A stretch of 64,000 nt of DNA from an uncultured Chloroflexia bacterium (GTDB lineage: Bacteria > Chloroflexota > Limnocylindria > QHBO01). A program made the position numbers and the translations under genes. The DNA lies in contig CAVRFT010000002.1 in NCBI GenBank assembly GCA_963720505.1, positions 105,589-169,588 of the forward strand. Direction: 5' to 3'. How positions within the stretch are numbered: the stretch's first letter is position 1; the number at the start of each line of letters is the position of its first letter. The notes beneath the pieces were generated by a model that was not told the origin of the DNA, ran no database searches, and saw only the letters and a list, made by a program, of their open reading frames with translations. This document shows, piece after piece, positions 1-10,712 of this stretch.

Positions 1-2669
1 GCGTACAGGTCTCCCACCTTCTTGATGCGCGCGCCCATGCTCTGGATGGTCCATCGGTCGGAGCGAATGGCACGGTCCTCCAGCTCGTCCCAACGGATCG
101 GCGCGGAAACCGGCGCCCCGGCGGACGGCCTGACCGAGTAGGGCGCCACCAGCGTCTTGTTCACCGCGTTCTGGGTGAAGTCGAGGCGTGCCAGGCCCCT
201 TCGCGAGCGCTTGGCCCACTCCCAGCTGACGAGGTCCGGCACCAGTCGCCCGATCATCAGCGACAGCTGCTCCACCCAGCCGCGGGTCTCGTCGAAGCCG
301 TAGCCGCGACGCACCGGCACCCACACCTGCAACCCGCGCTTGCCGGTGGTCTTGGGCAGGCCGATGACGCCCAGGTGCTCCAGCGCGGTCCGGTACAGCC
401 GGGTCAGGGTCAGCACCTCCTCCCAGGTGGTGTTGTCGCCCGGATCGACGTCGATCAGCGCGAAGGTCGGTTCGTGCGGCGAGATGGTGCGTGACGTCCA
501 GGGATGAAGCTCGAGGGCCGCCTCCTGCGCCAGCCAGGCGAGGGTGGCGACCTTGTCGACCACTACGTAGTCCTTCTTGCCCTCGTGCCCGGTGTAGCTC
601 CAGCGGCTGACCCATTTCGGGGCGTGACCCGGCACGTCCTTCTGCCAGAAGCCCATCTTCCCGGTGCCATCCGGGAAGCGCTGCAGGTTCAGCCCGCGCC
701 CAGCCAGGTGCGGCAGCATGGTGGGACCGATGGTCGCGTAGTAGCGCAGCAGGTCGCGCTTGGTGACGGCGACATGGTCGCCCTCCGCCGGTATCAGGAC
801 CTTGTCCAGGTTGGTGACCCGCACCTCGTGGCCGGCCACCGTCCAGTGGCCCTCTCGCTCCAGCTCGTCCAGCGCCTGCAGCTCAGCACGGCTGGCCGGC
901 GTGGGGTCCAGCTCCGTTGGCGGCCAAACATCGCTCGCGGCTTTGGCCGCTGACCTGGCAGGGGGGTCAGCTCCCGCGGCCTGGCGCTTGGTCGGCCGGC
1001 GGTTGGCCGATGGCGCCTTCTGCACCACCCGCGCGGCCGGAATCGCTTCCTCCCGTACCACCGTGGCCGGATCGCGATCCAGCTCGATCCCCTTGAACGC
1101 GGCCTGGCGCAGCAGGCCGTCGCGCGTCCAGTCCGTGAACTCGGCGCGGATGACGATCCGCGGCTCGACCCAGCGCGCCTCGGGCAGCCGCGGCTTCTTG
1201 ACCAGTGGCGAGTTCGGCCGCCGGATCGGCTCCATGGCGGCCAGCAGCTCCTTGCGCATCCGGGCGTTGATGCCGCTGCCCACCTGCCCGGCGTGGCGCA
1301 GGCCGCCGTCGTCGTTCACGGCCACGATCAATGAGCCCAGGTCCTTGTGGGTTCCCTGCCCCGGCAGCCAGCCGACGACCACGATCTCCTGCTCGCGGCG
1401 CAGCTTGATCTTCAGCCAGTCCCGGCTGCGGCGGCCCGCCTGGTAGGTGCTGAGCCGACGCTTGGCGACGATCCCCTCCAGTCCCTTCTCGGCGGCCGCC
1501 TGCGTGAAGTCGACACCCTCTCCCACGACGTGGGAGGCGTACTGCACCAGGCCGTCCGGCCGCAGCACACGCCGCAACAGATGCTTGCGGTCCTCCAGCG
1601 GCACGTCCACCAGCGACCGCCCGTTTAGGTGCAGCAGATCGAAAACCATGTAGGCCATGGGGATCGCCTCGCGTTCCTCGCGGGTCAGGCGGGGCGCGTC
1701 CGGATCGGCACGTCGGGTGGCCATCTCCAGGGCGCGCAGTCCGGTCTTCTCCTGCAGCCGACTGAAGGACGGGCGGCCCTCCTCGTCGAAGGCGACCACC
1801 TCCCCGTCCACGACCGCCTGGTCGGCATCGATCCACGGGGCGGGACCGGCCAGATTCGGGAAATAGGTGGCGGCATCGACCCGGTTGCGCGTCCAGATAT
1901 GGGCCTTGCCATCACTGACCACGGCCTCGACCCGATAACCGTCCCACTTGACTTCGTACAACCAGTCGTCGTCGTCAAAGGCGGCATCCGTCAGGGTGGC
2001 CATCATGGGCGGCACGAAGTCCGGCTGCCGTTCCTCGCGCGCCAACGACAGGTCCGGCGCCACGTCCGGGCCGGGCGGAGGCTGCTCGAAGCGCGGCGGC
2101 AGCCCGTCCTTGACCTCGTCGTTGGTGCGGCCGGTCTTCACGCTGGACGGGAGGTCCTCCGCATCCCAGCCGTCGACCGCCGCCTCGTCGCGCTTCTTGA
2201 TGAGGAGCCATTGCTCGCGCTCGTCACGACGACCGCCACGGCCGCTGGTGCGGACGATGGTGTACCGGCCACGCAGTCGCTCGCCGAAGAGGCGGAACTT
2301 CAGCTCACCGGCGCGGATGGCGCCCGCCGGGTCATCGGTCTCCTCCGGCTCGAAGGTGCCCCAGTCCCAGATGATGACGTCGCCGGCGCCGTACTCGCCG
2401 TGTGGGATCAAACCTTCGAAGTCGAAGTACTCGATCGGATGGTCCTCGGTGCGCATGGCCAGGCGCTTCTCGTCGGGATCCAGGGTCGGCCCCTTGGGCA
2501 CCGCCCAGCTGACCAGGACGCCGTTCACCTCCAGCCGGGTGTCGTAATGAAGGGCGGTGGCCCGATGACGCTGCACCACGAAGCGCCCGCCACCATCGCC
2601 AACTTCGCCGGGCTCCGGCTCGGGGGTGCGCGCGAAATCGCGCTTGGACCGATAGGTCTCGAGAGGCAT
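1..2669 (-). CDS. ligD: NHEJ DNA ligase D (phosphoesterase-ligase-polymerase), runs off window start
   Basis: Starts MPLETYRSKRDFARTPEP; PE motif HYDTRLE; ligase motif EVKWDG at ~1941-1955 in the same frame; polymerase motif KTTGKRGL near 330-355. Confidence 0.95.
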   Translation of the reverse strand, partial: MPLETYRSKRDFARTPEPEPGEVGDGGGRFVVQRHRATALHYDTRLEVNGVLVSWAVPKGPTLDPDEKRLAMRTEDHPIEYFDFEGLIPHGEYGAGDVIIWDWGTFEPEETDDPAGAIRAGELKFRLFGERLRGRYTIVRTSGRGGRRDEREQWLLIKKRDEAAVDGWDAEDLPSSVKTGRTNDEVKDGLPPRFEQPPPGPDVAPDLSLAREERQPDFVPPMMATLTDAAFDDDDWLYEVKWDGYRVEAVVSDGKAHIWTRNRVDAATYFPNLAGPAPWIDADQAVVDGEVVAFDEEGRPSFSRLQEKTGLRALEMATRRADPDAPRLTREEREAIPMAYMVFDLLHLNGRSLVDVPLEDRKHLLRRVLRPDGLVQYASHVVGEGVDFTQAAAEKGLEGIVAKRRLSTYQAGRRSRDWLKIKLRREQEIVVVGWLPGQGTHKDLGSLIVAVNDDGGLRHAGQVGSGINARMRKELLAAMEPIRRPNSPLVKKPRLPEARWVEPRIVIRAEFTDWTRDGLLRQAAFKGIELDRDPATVVREEAIPAARVVQKAPSANRRPTKRQAAGADPPARSAAKAASDVWPPTELDPTPASRAELQALDELEREGHWTVAGHEVRVTNLDKVLIPAEGDHVAVTKRDLLRYYATIGPTMLPHLAGRGLNLQRFPDGTGKMGFWQKDVPGHAPKWVSRWSYTGHEGKKDYVVVDKVATLAWLAQEAALELHPWTSRTISPHEPTFALIDVDPGDNTTWEEVLTLTRLYRTALEHLGVIGLPKTTGKRGLQVWVPVRRGYGFDETRGWVEQLSLMIGRLVPDLVSWEWAKRSRRGLARLDFTQNAVNKTLVAPYSVRPSAGAPVSAPIRWDELEDRAIRSDRWTIQSMGARIKKVGDLY

Positions 2670-2755
2670 CGCTCCGATGATGCCATCACCGCTTGGCATG
2701 CCGCTTGCGGCCCCGTGGGGAGCGCGTGACCGACGCCCAACATTGAGGTGACCCG

Positions 2756-3191
2756 ATGGCACTGACCTTCACACGCGACCTCGACCCGCTGACCAGCAGT
2801 GGCCTGGAGCTCGACGATCCGTCCCGCGACCTGCGCGGGCGCGACGTGCTGGACCGCGATGGCACCACCGTGGGTGTCGTGGCCGAGATGCTGATTGACC
2901 CTGCGCTCCGCGTCCCCCGCATGCTGGTGCTGGAGACCGGCGGCGGCCTGCTGGGACTTGGCAAGAAGCAGTACCTGGTGCCGCTGGAGGCGGTCCACGC
3001 CGATGACAGCCAGGTGCGCATGCGATTGGACCAAGGACGAGATCACCAACGAGCCGGAATACCACCTGGCCGATGGCGAAGAGGAGGAGCTGCAGTACGT
3101 CCAGGTGTATGCCGCCTACGGCATCCACCCGTACTGGGAGGTGGAGGCAGAGTCGCCCAGCACCACCACGATCGAGCCGGAAACCCGCTAG
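2756..3191 (+). CDS. PRC-barrel domain protein (frameshift near 3030)
   Basis: DLRGRDVLDRDG..GGGLLGLGKKQYLVPLEAV; acidic C-terminus (VYAAYGIHPYW) in the adjacent frame. Confidence 0.8.
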
Positions 3192-3907
3192 CCCGATCCT
3201 CCAGCGCCTGCGATGGAGCTCCGCCTGGAGCTCCATCAGCGTGTCCGTCACCAGGACCGCTCCGACCTCGCGCAACGCGTCGGCCGTCACAGCCGCGCCC
3301 GCGGTGACACCGATGCCCGTCATCTGCGCCGCGACCGCCGCACGCATATCCCAGGTGGAGTCGCCGATGCACCAGCAGTGCGTCGGCGATTGATGCAGAG
3401 CATCGGCCGCAGCCAGCAGGAGGTCCGGCGCGGGCTTGGCATGCTGGACGGACGAGCCGTCGACGATGGTCGGCTCGCGTCTCAGCGTCCAGGGCCCGCA
3501 GGGACGTCCCGACCTGCGCTCGCCGTGACGACGTGGCGATGGCCCACGGCCACGCCTGCTCGTCCAGCCAGCGGAGCAGCTCCCGTGCGCCGGACAGGGC
3601 TTGCGGATCCGTGTTGAGCGACTCATAGATCTCGCCGCAGCGACGATCGATCTGCTCGTCCTTTGCGTCAGGAAGCGAGCAGTCCGCCAGCTTCGGCCAC
3701 GTCGCGCGCCAGCCGCTTGCCGTCGATCCCGATCATCGGCGCCACCAGCTCACGACTGGCCGGGATGTCGAACTCGGCGAAGACCTCGAGCCAGGCCCGG
3801 ATCCTGGTCTCGACCGTATCGACCAGGGTGCCGTCGAGGTCGAAGACCAGGGCCGCCGGGGCGAGATCGAGCGCGTGAGCCGGAGTCCATCGGTCTACGA
3901 TAACCAC
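3188..3907 (-). CDS. HAD-superfamily hydrolase (several frameshifts, ends approximate)
   Basis: Motif I FDLDGTLVDT; motifs III/IV AKPAPD and IGDSTWD in another frame. Confidence 0.8.
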
Positions 3908-3909
3908 CG

Positions 3910-5122
3910 ATGCCGTCCGAGCACGCCCGCCACTGGCCGCTCGATCCGCGCATCGACTTCCTGAACCACGGCTCCTATGGCGCCGCCCCGCGCGTGGTGC
4001 TGGAGGCTCAGCAGACCTGGCGCCTGCAGCTGGAGCACGAGCCGGTTCGCTTCATGGTCGAGCAGCTGGAGCCGGCGCTGGACGCGGCGCGCGCCGCGGT
4101 CGGCGCCTTCGTGGGTGCCGCGCCCGATGACCTGGCCTTCATCACCAATGCCACCACCGGCGTGAACACGGTCCTTCGCTCCCTCCGCTTCGAGACGGGC
4201 GACGAGCTGCTGACCACCGACCACGCTTACAACGCGGTGGGGAACGCGATGGAGTACGTGGCGGCGCGCGATGGCGCGCGCGTGGTCGTGGCGGCCGTTC
4301 CGTTCCCCCTCGAGTCGCCTGACGCCGTGGTATCGGCCGTGATGGGCGCCGTCACGCCGCGGACTCGCCTGGCGGTGCTCGACCACGTCTCGTCGGCCAC
4401 CGCGTTGATCCTGCCGGTGGCCGAGCTGGTCGCCGCGTTGGCGGAGCGCGGGGTCGATACCCTGGTGGATGGCGCTCACGCGCCCGGCATGGTGGAGCTG
4501 GATGTGGCCGGCATGAACGCCGCGTACTACACGGGCAACCTGCACAAGTGGGTGTGTGCGCCGAAAGGGGCCGCCTTCCTGTGGGTCCGTCCGGACCGCC
4601 AGGAGCGCATCCGCCCGCTGGTGATCTCGCACGGCGCGAACTCGCCGCGCGCCGATCGGTCGCGGTTCAGGCTCGAGTTCGACTGGCTGGGCACTGGGGA
4701 TCCCTCGGCTTGGCTGGCGGTGCCGGACGCCATCGCACTTCGGCACGTCCCTGCTGCCGGGCGGCTGGCCGGCGCTGCGGGCTCGGAACCACGAGCTCAC
4801 GTTGAGCGCGCGCGAGCTCCTGGCGTCGGCCACGGGCGTGGCGTCCCCGGCGCCGGACGACATGATCGGGTCGATGGCCAGCCTGCCGCTGGGCTGGGAG
4901 GCGCAGCTCGGCACGGACCAGGACGTAGACCTGTACGGCGACCGCGTCCACGGCGCACTGCTGGCGGCGGGGTTCCAGACCATGATCGCCCCGTGGCCGC
5001 AGCGGCCGCAGGGGCGGCGCTGGCAGCGCGTGCTGCGGTTGAGCGCCGCCGCCTACAACGATCGAGCCCAGTACGAGCGCCTGGCGGCCGTCCTGCCGCA
5101 GATCCTGGCCGCGGCCGCCTGA
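3910..5122 (+). CDS. PLP-dependent class V aminotransferase (isopenicillin-N epimerase/EgtE-like lyase), frameshift near 4740
   Basis: FLNHGSYG, DGAHAPG, GNLHKW; C-terminal LRLSAAAYN in ORF 4802..5122. Confidence 0.9.
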
Positions 5123-5245
5123 GCATGGCGGCGCGCGGGATGTGGACGGGCTGGGGATAGGTTCGTCAACTCCCTGTCAAATTCGTGGAGAAAGCCCTTG
5201 AGCCAGCCTGGCCACGCCGATACGGTAGTTGCAGGCCGGGCGCCT

Positions 5246-5399
5246 CGGAGGTGCGACCCGATCAGCCACCGGAGGTGACACCGGACGCAACACTCGGCGC
5301 GACACTCGATCGCTCACTCGAGTCGACGGCGGCAACGTCTCGACCACGGGAGGCGGCACGGGATCGCACGCGGGACTGCGCACCGGACCATCCACTGGA
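5246..5399. repeat. Degenerate 12-bp tandem minisatellite, about 12 units
   Basis: Units such as ggtgacaccgga, tcagccaccgga, cgcgacactcga, tcgaccacggga, ctgcgcaccgga (consensus N5CACYSGA). Confidence 0.6.
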
Positions 5400-5556
5400 G
5401 CTGACGCGGGGGTTCCTCCGGGTCCCCGGCCTATTGCTGCCCGGATTCCGGGGAGCACGATAGGAGGCGGCCGCCTGCAGCCCTCGGGACGATGGTTTCT
5501 GCGGCTGCCTCTATCCGGTTCCAGCCCCCGGGACCGATGCCGCGAACCACCGCCCC

Positions 5557-5994
5557 TCATTCGCCAAGCGCGACGGCCGCATACGCCAGCGCGCCGATGA
5601 CGGGCACGAAGATGAGCGGGGTCGTCCCAGTCGTCCGGCCCGGACCAATCAGGGCCACCACCAGCGCGGCGACGCCCATGGCTGCCAGCACGATTCCGAG
5701 ACCCCTCGCCCACGAACGACGCCGCATTGCCTGGACGGCCACGACCGCGCCGGCGGCGCCATAGACCGCCAGTCCAAGGCCGATGGCACCGGCAACGCCG
5801 GCAAAGCCCTCCGGCACGGCATCGACGTAGGCAGGCAGCGCGTCCGGATTCGAGTTGACCATGACCACGACCAGCAGGACCAGGCCTATCAGGCCGGTGA
5901 ACACGCCGACCGTCAGCAGGATGAGCGCCGCCGCGGTAACGCTCAGCGGTCGCTCGTCAGGATCGGGAGAGGTCGGTTCGGATGCGCCCACCAC
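5557..5994 (-). CDS. Hypothetical membrane protein (4 TM)
   Basis: 145-aa ORF with four hydrophobic segments. Confidence 0.7.
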   Translation of the reverse strand: MVGASEPTSPDPDERPLSVTAAALILLTVGVFTGLIGLVLLVVVMVNSNPDALPAYVDAVPEGFAGVAGAIGLGLAVYGAAGAVVAVQAMRRRSWARGLGIVLAAMGVAALVVALIGPGRTTGTTPLIFVPVIGALAYAAVALGE

Positions 5995-6130
5995 CTGGCA
6001 GCCTCGCGCTAATCGGTCCTCAGCGGAGTCTACCCACGCGTCAAAGTCGCGCCCCTACCGGAGTTCAGCATCGCGGCTGCCTCCCAGGACGCCTCGGCCT
6101 GGACGATCAACCGGCTGATGCGTCATCTGG

Positions 6131-7443
6131 TCACGATTCCGGTTGGCCGGCGGCGACAACGGCGGGCGGCAGCCGGCGCCGACGGCGCTCCGGATCCCGG
6201 ACACCGGGGTAGAAGAGGAGCACGCCCATCAGGACCGATCCCACCAGGCCGGCGGCGATGATCGTGTTCTGCGGGCCGAGCGTGCCGGCGACTGGGCCCG
6301 TCAGAGCGAACGAGACCGGCACCAGGCCGGTTGACACCAGCCAGTCGAGGCTCGAGATCCGGCCGAGGAGATCGCGCGGCACTTCGGTCTGCAGCAGCGT
6401 CACCCAGATGATCGAGCCGATCTCGAACAACGAGGCGGTCAGGAGGCCGATGAGCATGCCCTGCCACAGCGACGTCATCAGGCCGTACCCCGCCAGCAGC
6501 GCGACGCCAAGCGCCCAGGCGGCGTACATGACGGTCACGTAACGCCGCGGCAGGCCGAGCTGGCCAATGGCGATCGCCGAGACCACGGAGCCGATGCCGC
6601 CGATCGCAAAGATCGCGCCGAGCGCCTCCGGCCCCAGAGCGAGCTGGTTCTTCACCAGGAACGGCAGGAGCACCTGCACCGGGCCGATGAAGCAGAGCAG
6701 GCTGAACATCGCCGACAGGAGCGTCGCCCACAGCCAGGGCGTCCGTCGAGCAAATGCGAGCCCTTCCCCTACCTCCGCGATGGCCTGGCGCACGCCGTGG
6801 GAAACGATCTCGCGAGCCGGCGGGCGGCTGATGGCCGCAATGGCCACGGCCGAGACAAGCGAAGCTCGCCGCGTCGATGAGGAACGCGGTGCCGGCGCTG
6901 GAGAGTGCGACGACGAAGCCGCCGACGTGCCGGACCGATGAGTCGGATGGTGAGCGGCCTGATCAGGCCGTTGAGCGCATTCGCCTGAGGCAGGAGCTCG
7001 TCCGGCAGCAGGTCGGGCACGATCGCCGTCGCCGCCGGATTGAAGAACGCGTCGCCCAGCCCGACGAACGCGATCAGGACGATGACGTGCCACAGCTCGA
7101 TGACGCCGTACAGCGACAGGATGCCGAGCAGGCCGATGGCAGCCGCTCGGATGATGTCGGCACCGATCATCAGGCGGCGGCGGTCGTATCGGTCCGTGAA
7201 GACCCCGCCCAGCAAAAGGAAGGCGATGAGCGGGACGGTCCAGGCCACACCGACGATGGAAAGCGCGGTGGGCACGTTGCTGATCTCATAGACCTGCCAT
7301 GCCAGCGCGATCGAAAAGAAGCCGTCGCCCAGGAGGGAGACGACCGACCCGGTGGTGAGCAGCGCGAAGTCGCGACGCACGAGCGGCTGGAACAGCCGCA
7401 CGGCGCGGAGCCGCTCGCGGAAATTGGGAGGCAGGAGCGCCAT
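6131..7443 (-). CDS. MFS transporter (DHA3/macrolide-efflux-like), frameshifted near 6850-6940
   Basis: GVFTDRYDRRRLM motif A; LLGRISS in C-terminal half; about 12 TM across two frames. Confidence 0.9.
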
Positions 7444-7468
7444 TCGTCAGGCCGCTAAAGCGGTGTGG

Positions 7469-7514
7469 TGGTGGACGACACTGGACTCAAACCAGTGACC
7501 TCGTGCACGTCAAG
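7469..7514 (-). mobile_element. Divergent 3'-half copy of tRNA-Val (att-like site)
   Basis: Reverse complement CTTGACGTGCACGAGGTCACTGGTTTGAGTCCAGTGTCGTCCACCA; 4 differences from the 3' half of the tRNA at 31799. Confidence 0.85.
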
Positions 7515-7584
7515 TATGGCAACCGCCCGCGCCCTCCGCCCCGGCGCCAAGGGGATTGCTGCACTGAGGGTTTAGGATCGCGCC

Positions 7585-8248
7585 ATGAAGACAGTCGTGG
7601 GTGGCAATGGCAGTGGCGATCGCGGCAGCCCTCGGCGCCTGCAGCGCGCCGCCGCTCGCGCTGGAAGAGCGTGTACTCAACGAGGCCGATGTGCCCGGCT
7701 CCCTCCCCGATCCAGTCGAGACGCGGCAGACCGCAGAACCCTCGGCGAGTTCGCAGCCTGGCGGGACGTCCGGGCCGCCGAGATCGACCCGGACAAGCTC
7801 GAGGAGGCCGGTTTCGTTTCGGCCATCCACGACACGCGTTTCATCCCGGACACCCCCGGCGGATCCGCATACGCGCGATGCAGCTCACGTTCGAATACTT
7901 GTTGTCCAGTTCGACTCGCAGGGCGGAGCACGTACGGCCGTTGACCTACTGCACGAGAACGCGCTTCAGCCGTGCCCGGGTAGTTGCGCGGCGCGGATCG
8001 AGGAGTTCGACGTGTCCGGGGTGCCCGATGCGAAGGGGGTACAACGCCCCGTCACCGCCGAGCGACTGGCGGAAACTGGCGAGGAGGGCGACCCTTCCGA
8101 CTCCTACACGATCACGTTCGCGGACGGCCCATTCGTGTATCAGATGGAGGGCTTCGCGCCTCCTGGAAAGATCACCGAGCAGCAGATCGAGGATATTGCG
8201 AAGACACTGCATGACCGCGTCGCGGGCGCGCCTGACCCAGCTACCTAG
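7585..8248 (+). CDS. Putative lipoprotein, leaderless (frameshifts near 5' end and ~7740-7870)
   Basis: TAGGAT (7573-7578) 6 nt before ATG 7585; lipobox AAALGAC. Confidence 0.7.
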
Positions 8249-8350
8249 ACCTCTCGTCATGGCGAAGCTCAGGCCCGCGCCACTCGCGAAAGCACTCGCC
8301 GAAAACGCGATTACCGCCGATGTGGGGGTCATATGGTGCTCGGGAGGGTC

Positions 8351-8395
8351 TGGTGGGCGACAGTGGACTCGAACCAGTGACCTCTTGCATGTCAA
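8351..8395 (-). mobile_element. 3'-half copy of tRNA-Val (attR-like island boundary)
   Basis: tggtgggcgacagtggactcgaaccagtgacctcttgcatgtcaa matches 31799-31843 with 1 mismatch; ends at the anticodon loop. Confidence 0.92.
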
Positions 8396-8649
8396 CTATC
8401 AAGGCTTGCACGTAGTGCGCACAAGCACCGCGGAGCGTCCATCGAAGTCTCTGTTAATACGGTCAGTGGTCTTGGCGAGTTGCCGGGCCACTGGCGATCT
8501 AGGCGATGGCCGCCAAGGCCTGCGGTAGAGCCATTCCCGTTGAGCTCCCGCAGAGGACCTCCCACCCATATGGGTATGGCCCGGCGTTGGTACTAGCAAC
8601 ACCGGGCCATGACGACAGACGCTGCCGTGAGTGACAAATGTAGCGGCGC

Positions 8650-8707
8650 GGGGCGACGCCAGCCGCTTGCCATCCTGGGGATGGCCACGCTGCCACGGGA
8701 CCGCCGG
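8650..8707 (+). repeat. Repeat A copy 1 (near full)
   Basis: ggcgacgccagccgcttgccatcctggggatggccacgctgccacgggaccgccgg. Confidence 0.85.
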
Positions 8708-8855
8708 TGGGTGTCTTCATTCGACTTCGACGAGGGAGCCCCCACACGGGTCATCGCAGCGGCTCAGCCTGATCCAGGCACACAACGGGCCTGGCACGTG
8801 GTGGTACGCTCGCGAAGGCAGCCGTGATCCCCCGTTCTCATAGGTAACTGAGCCG

Positions 8856-9388
8856 ATGCAGCCCCGCCAGATCGCCCAACGTCCTCGAAGCGTCACGGTG
8901 CTCATCTGCGCCCTGGCTCTCCTGCTGATGGCGAGCTGTTCCACGGCGCCCGCGGCGTCCAGCGCGAGCGTGGCGTCGAGCCCGAGCGTCGCCCCCTCCG
9001 CCTTTCAGCAGCCATCGCCGACCGAGGCGGCCACCCCGTCCCCCCAAGCGAAAGCCAGGCCGAGGTCGGCCTGACGGGCACCTGGAGCGGCACCTGGAAG
9101 ATCGACCCGCCCTATTCCGGCACCGGCGGCTGGACCATGAAGGTGAAGCAGACCGGCAACAAGTTCAGTGGGACCGTTGACCTGACCAAGACGGACTGTT
9201 CGGACGGCACGGTCGACGGCAACGTCGACGGCTCGACGCTCAGCTTCGGCTGGATCGTCACGCCGCAACCCATCCATTTCGAGGGCCAGGTCAACGGCAC
9301 GTCGATGTCCGGCACTTGGTCCGCCAAGGCCTGCAGCGATTCGAAGATCTCGCTGACCGGAACCTGGAAAGGCACCAAGCAGCACTGA
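8856..9388 (+). CDS. Putative lipoprotein with S/P-rich linker and beta domain (frameshift near 9045)
   Basis: Lipobox LLMASC; repeated L(T/S)GTW motifs. Confidence 0.75.
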
Positions 9389-9456
9389 TTCTGGCGCCGG
9401 ATCCAAAGGGTGAACGCAGACGCTGGAAGGACCGATCGTCCCCGATGGAGCAGGTC

Positions 9457-9479
9457 TAGGGCCGGCGACGCCAGCCGCT
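9457..9479 (+). repeat. Repeat A copy 2 (left half, overlaps stop of 9478..9936)
   Basis: tagggccggcgacgccagccgct. Confidence 0.85.
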
Positions 9480-9936
9480 AGGGAGCCCGCTCGAACTCCC
9501 TGCCATCGATCGCGCCGCGACGGCCCGGGCATGCGTCATCAACTAACACGAGACGAAGGACGTCGTCCTCGACGGACCATTGGTAGGTGCCCACTCCACA
9601 CATGCCGCCCAGCAAGGTCACTTCCCCTGCCTCGACGTTGAGCATGCCCAGCACCTGCTCAATACCGGTTTCGAGGCGGTAGGTCGCATCTTCCATGATG
9701 TCCAGCATGACCGTGTCCCCGCCGGCGGTTTCCGCTCGCCACTCGCCTACCAGCTCAGGCGGTGGAGTGGGTCGTGGCGTTCGGGCCGCTGTCGGTATCG
9801 CTGAAGGGGAGGCGCTGCTAATCGAGGCTGGCACGGAAGCGCCTGGGGCGGCGCATGCGCTGAGGAGGAGCATCGCAAGCAGCGAACGCGGCACGCGCGA
9901 CGTCGAGGCGGTCAGCGCGATGAGGCTTCCCATCAT
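9478..9936 (-). CDS. Putative lipoprotein (cargo of B1)
   Basis: Lipobox LLLSAC, S/P/T linker, ELVGEW beta domain. Confidence 0.8.
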   Translation of the reverse strand: MMGSLIALTASTSRVPRSLLAMLLLSACAAPGASVPASISSASPSAIPTAARTPRPTPPPELVGEWRAETAGGDTVMLDIMEDATYRLETGIEQVLGMLNVEAGEVTLLGGMCGVGTYQWSVEDDVLRLVLVDDACPGRRGAIDGREFERAP

Positions 9937-9997
9937 CCCGTCGTCGACCCGCGCCGCTCGCGCAGCCGGTCGCTGAGCCGCCGCAGGGCCTGGCGTA
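9933..9997 (-). pseudogene. Repeat B copy 1 (3' remnant)
   Basis: Encodes ..ALRRLSDRLRERRGSTTG*; TGA overlaps downstream ATGs (ATGATG). Confidence 0.8.
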
Positions 9998-10018
9998 CTG
10001 CTGGTGGGGCGTGCCGTG

Positions 10019-10483
10019 TCACGAAAATGGCTTGATCACCATGTCGAAGATGATCACAAAGAACCAGGCGATATCGATTGCCAACACCGACAACGTCCGG
10101 CGGTTCATGAACAGGTCCTGGATCTCAGGCGTGAGCGGTCCGTCCGGGGTTCGTTTGACCGCCTCAGCGAGACGTAGCGGCCATGTCCGGTTCGCGGTGA
10201 GGCCGGTGAGCATCGCGATCGCGAAGGCGACGTAGGCGATCACCAGCCATGGTGCGAGCAGGTCGAACCCGAAGGCGATCGCGGTGAGCCCCCCGAAGAT
10301 CCCTCCGAACAGGTACATCAGAAAGGTCAGCAGCCCCAGACGCGAGTGCACCACGGCCAGGCCCCGGATGTTCCCGACCTCGCCCGTCTGGTAAGCCACC
10401 CGCAGGAGCACAAGCGGACCATAGGAGATCGTGATCGCGGTGATGAAGAAGGTGATGTGTAGGAACAGCAGAAGGTGCGGCAT
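10019..10483 (-). CDS. DUF2269-like membrane protein
   Basis: AAGGAGG RBS; LLLFLHI start, PWL motif, C-terminal DMVIKPF. Confidence 0.8.
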   Translation of the reverse strand: MPHLLLFLHITFFITAITISYGPLVLLRVAYQTGEVGNIRGLAVVHSRLGLLTFLMYLFGGIFGGLTAIAFGFDLLAPWLVIAYVAFAIAMLTGLTANRTWPLRLAEAVKRTPDGPLTPEIQDLFMNRRTLSVLAIDIAWFFVIIFDMVIKPFS

Positions 10484-10712
10484 GTGGCCTCCTTGGGCTG
10501 GGGTGACATGACGCTGGCCGCTCGCGGCTCCGTGCAAGACGGCGCCGTCGGTCCGATGCGGCGAGTATGCGACGGGGCGTCAAAAGTCCGCAATGCCGAC
10601 ACATTGGAGCGAGGGGCAGATCGGCATCATCGCCGCCGAAGCCCAGCGGGAGCTAGATGCGCTCCCGGTCCCTGACGACCTTCCCGCAGACTGAGTTGTG
10701 TAGGCTCTCGGG

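Noticed and set aside
5141-5192. Three DnaA-box-like 9-mers (tgtggacgg, tggggatag, cgtggagaa)
   Set aside because: 2-3 mismatches each, with no AT-rich unwinding element or dnaA/dnaN context.
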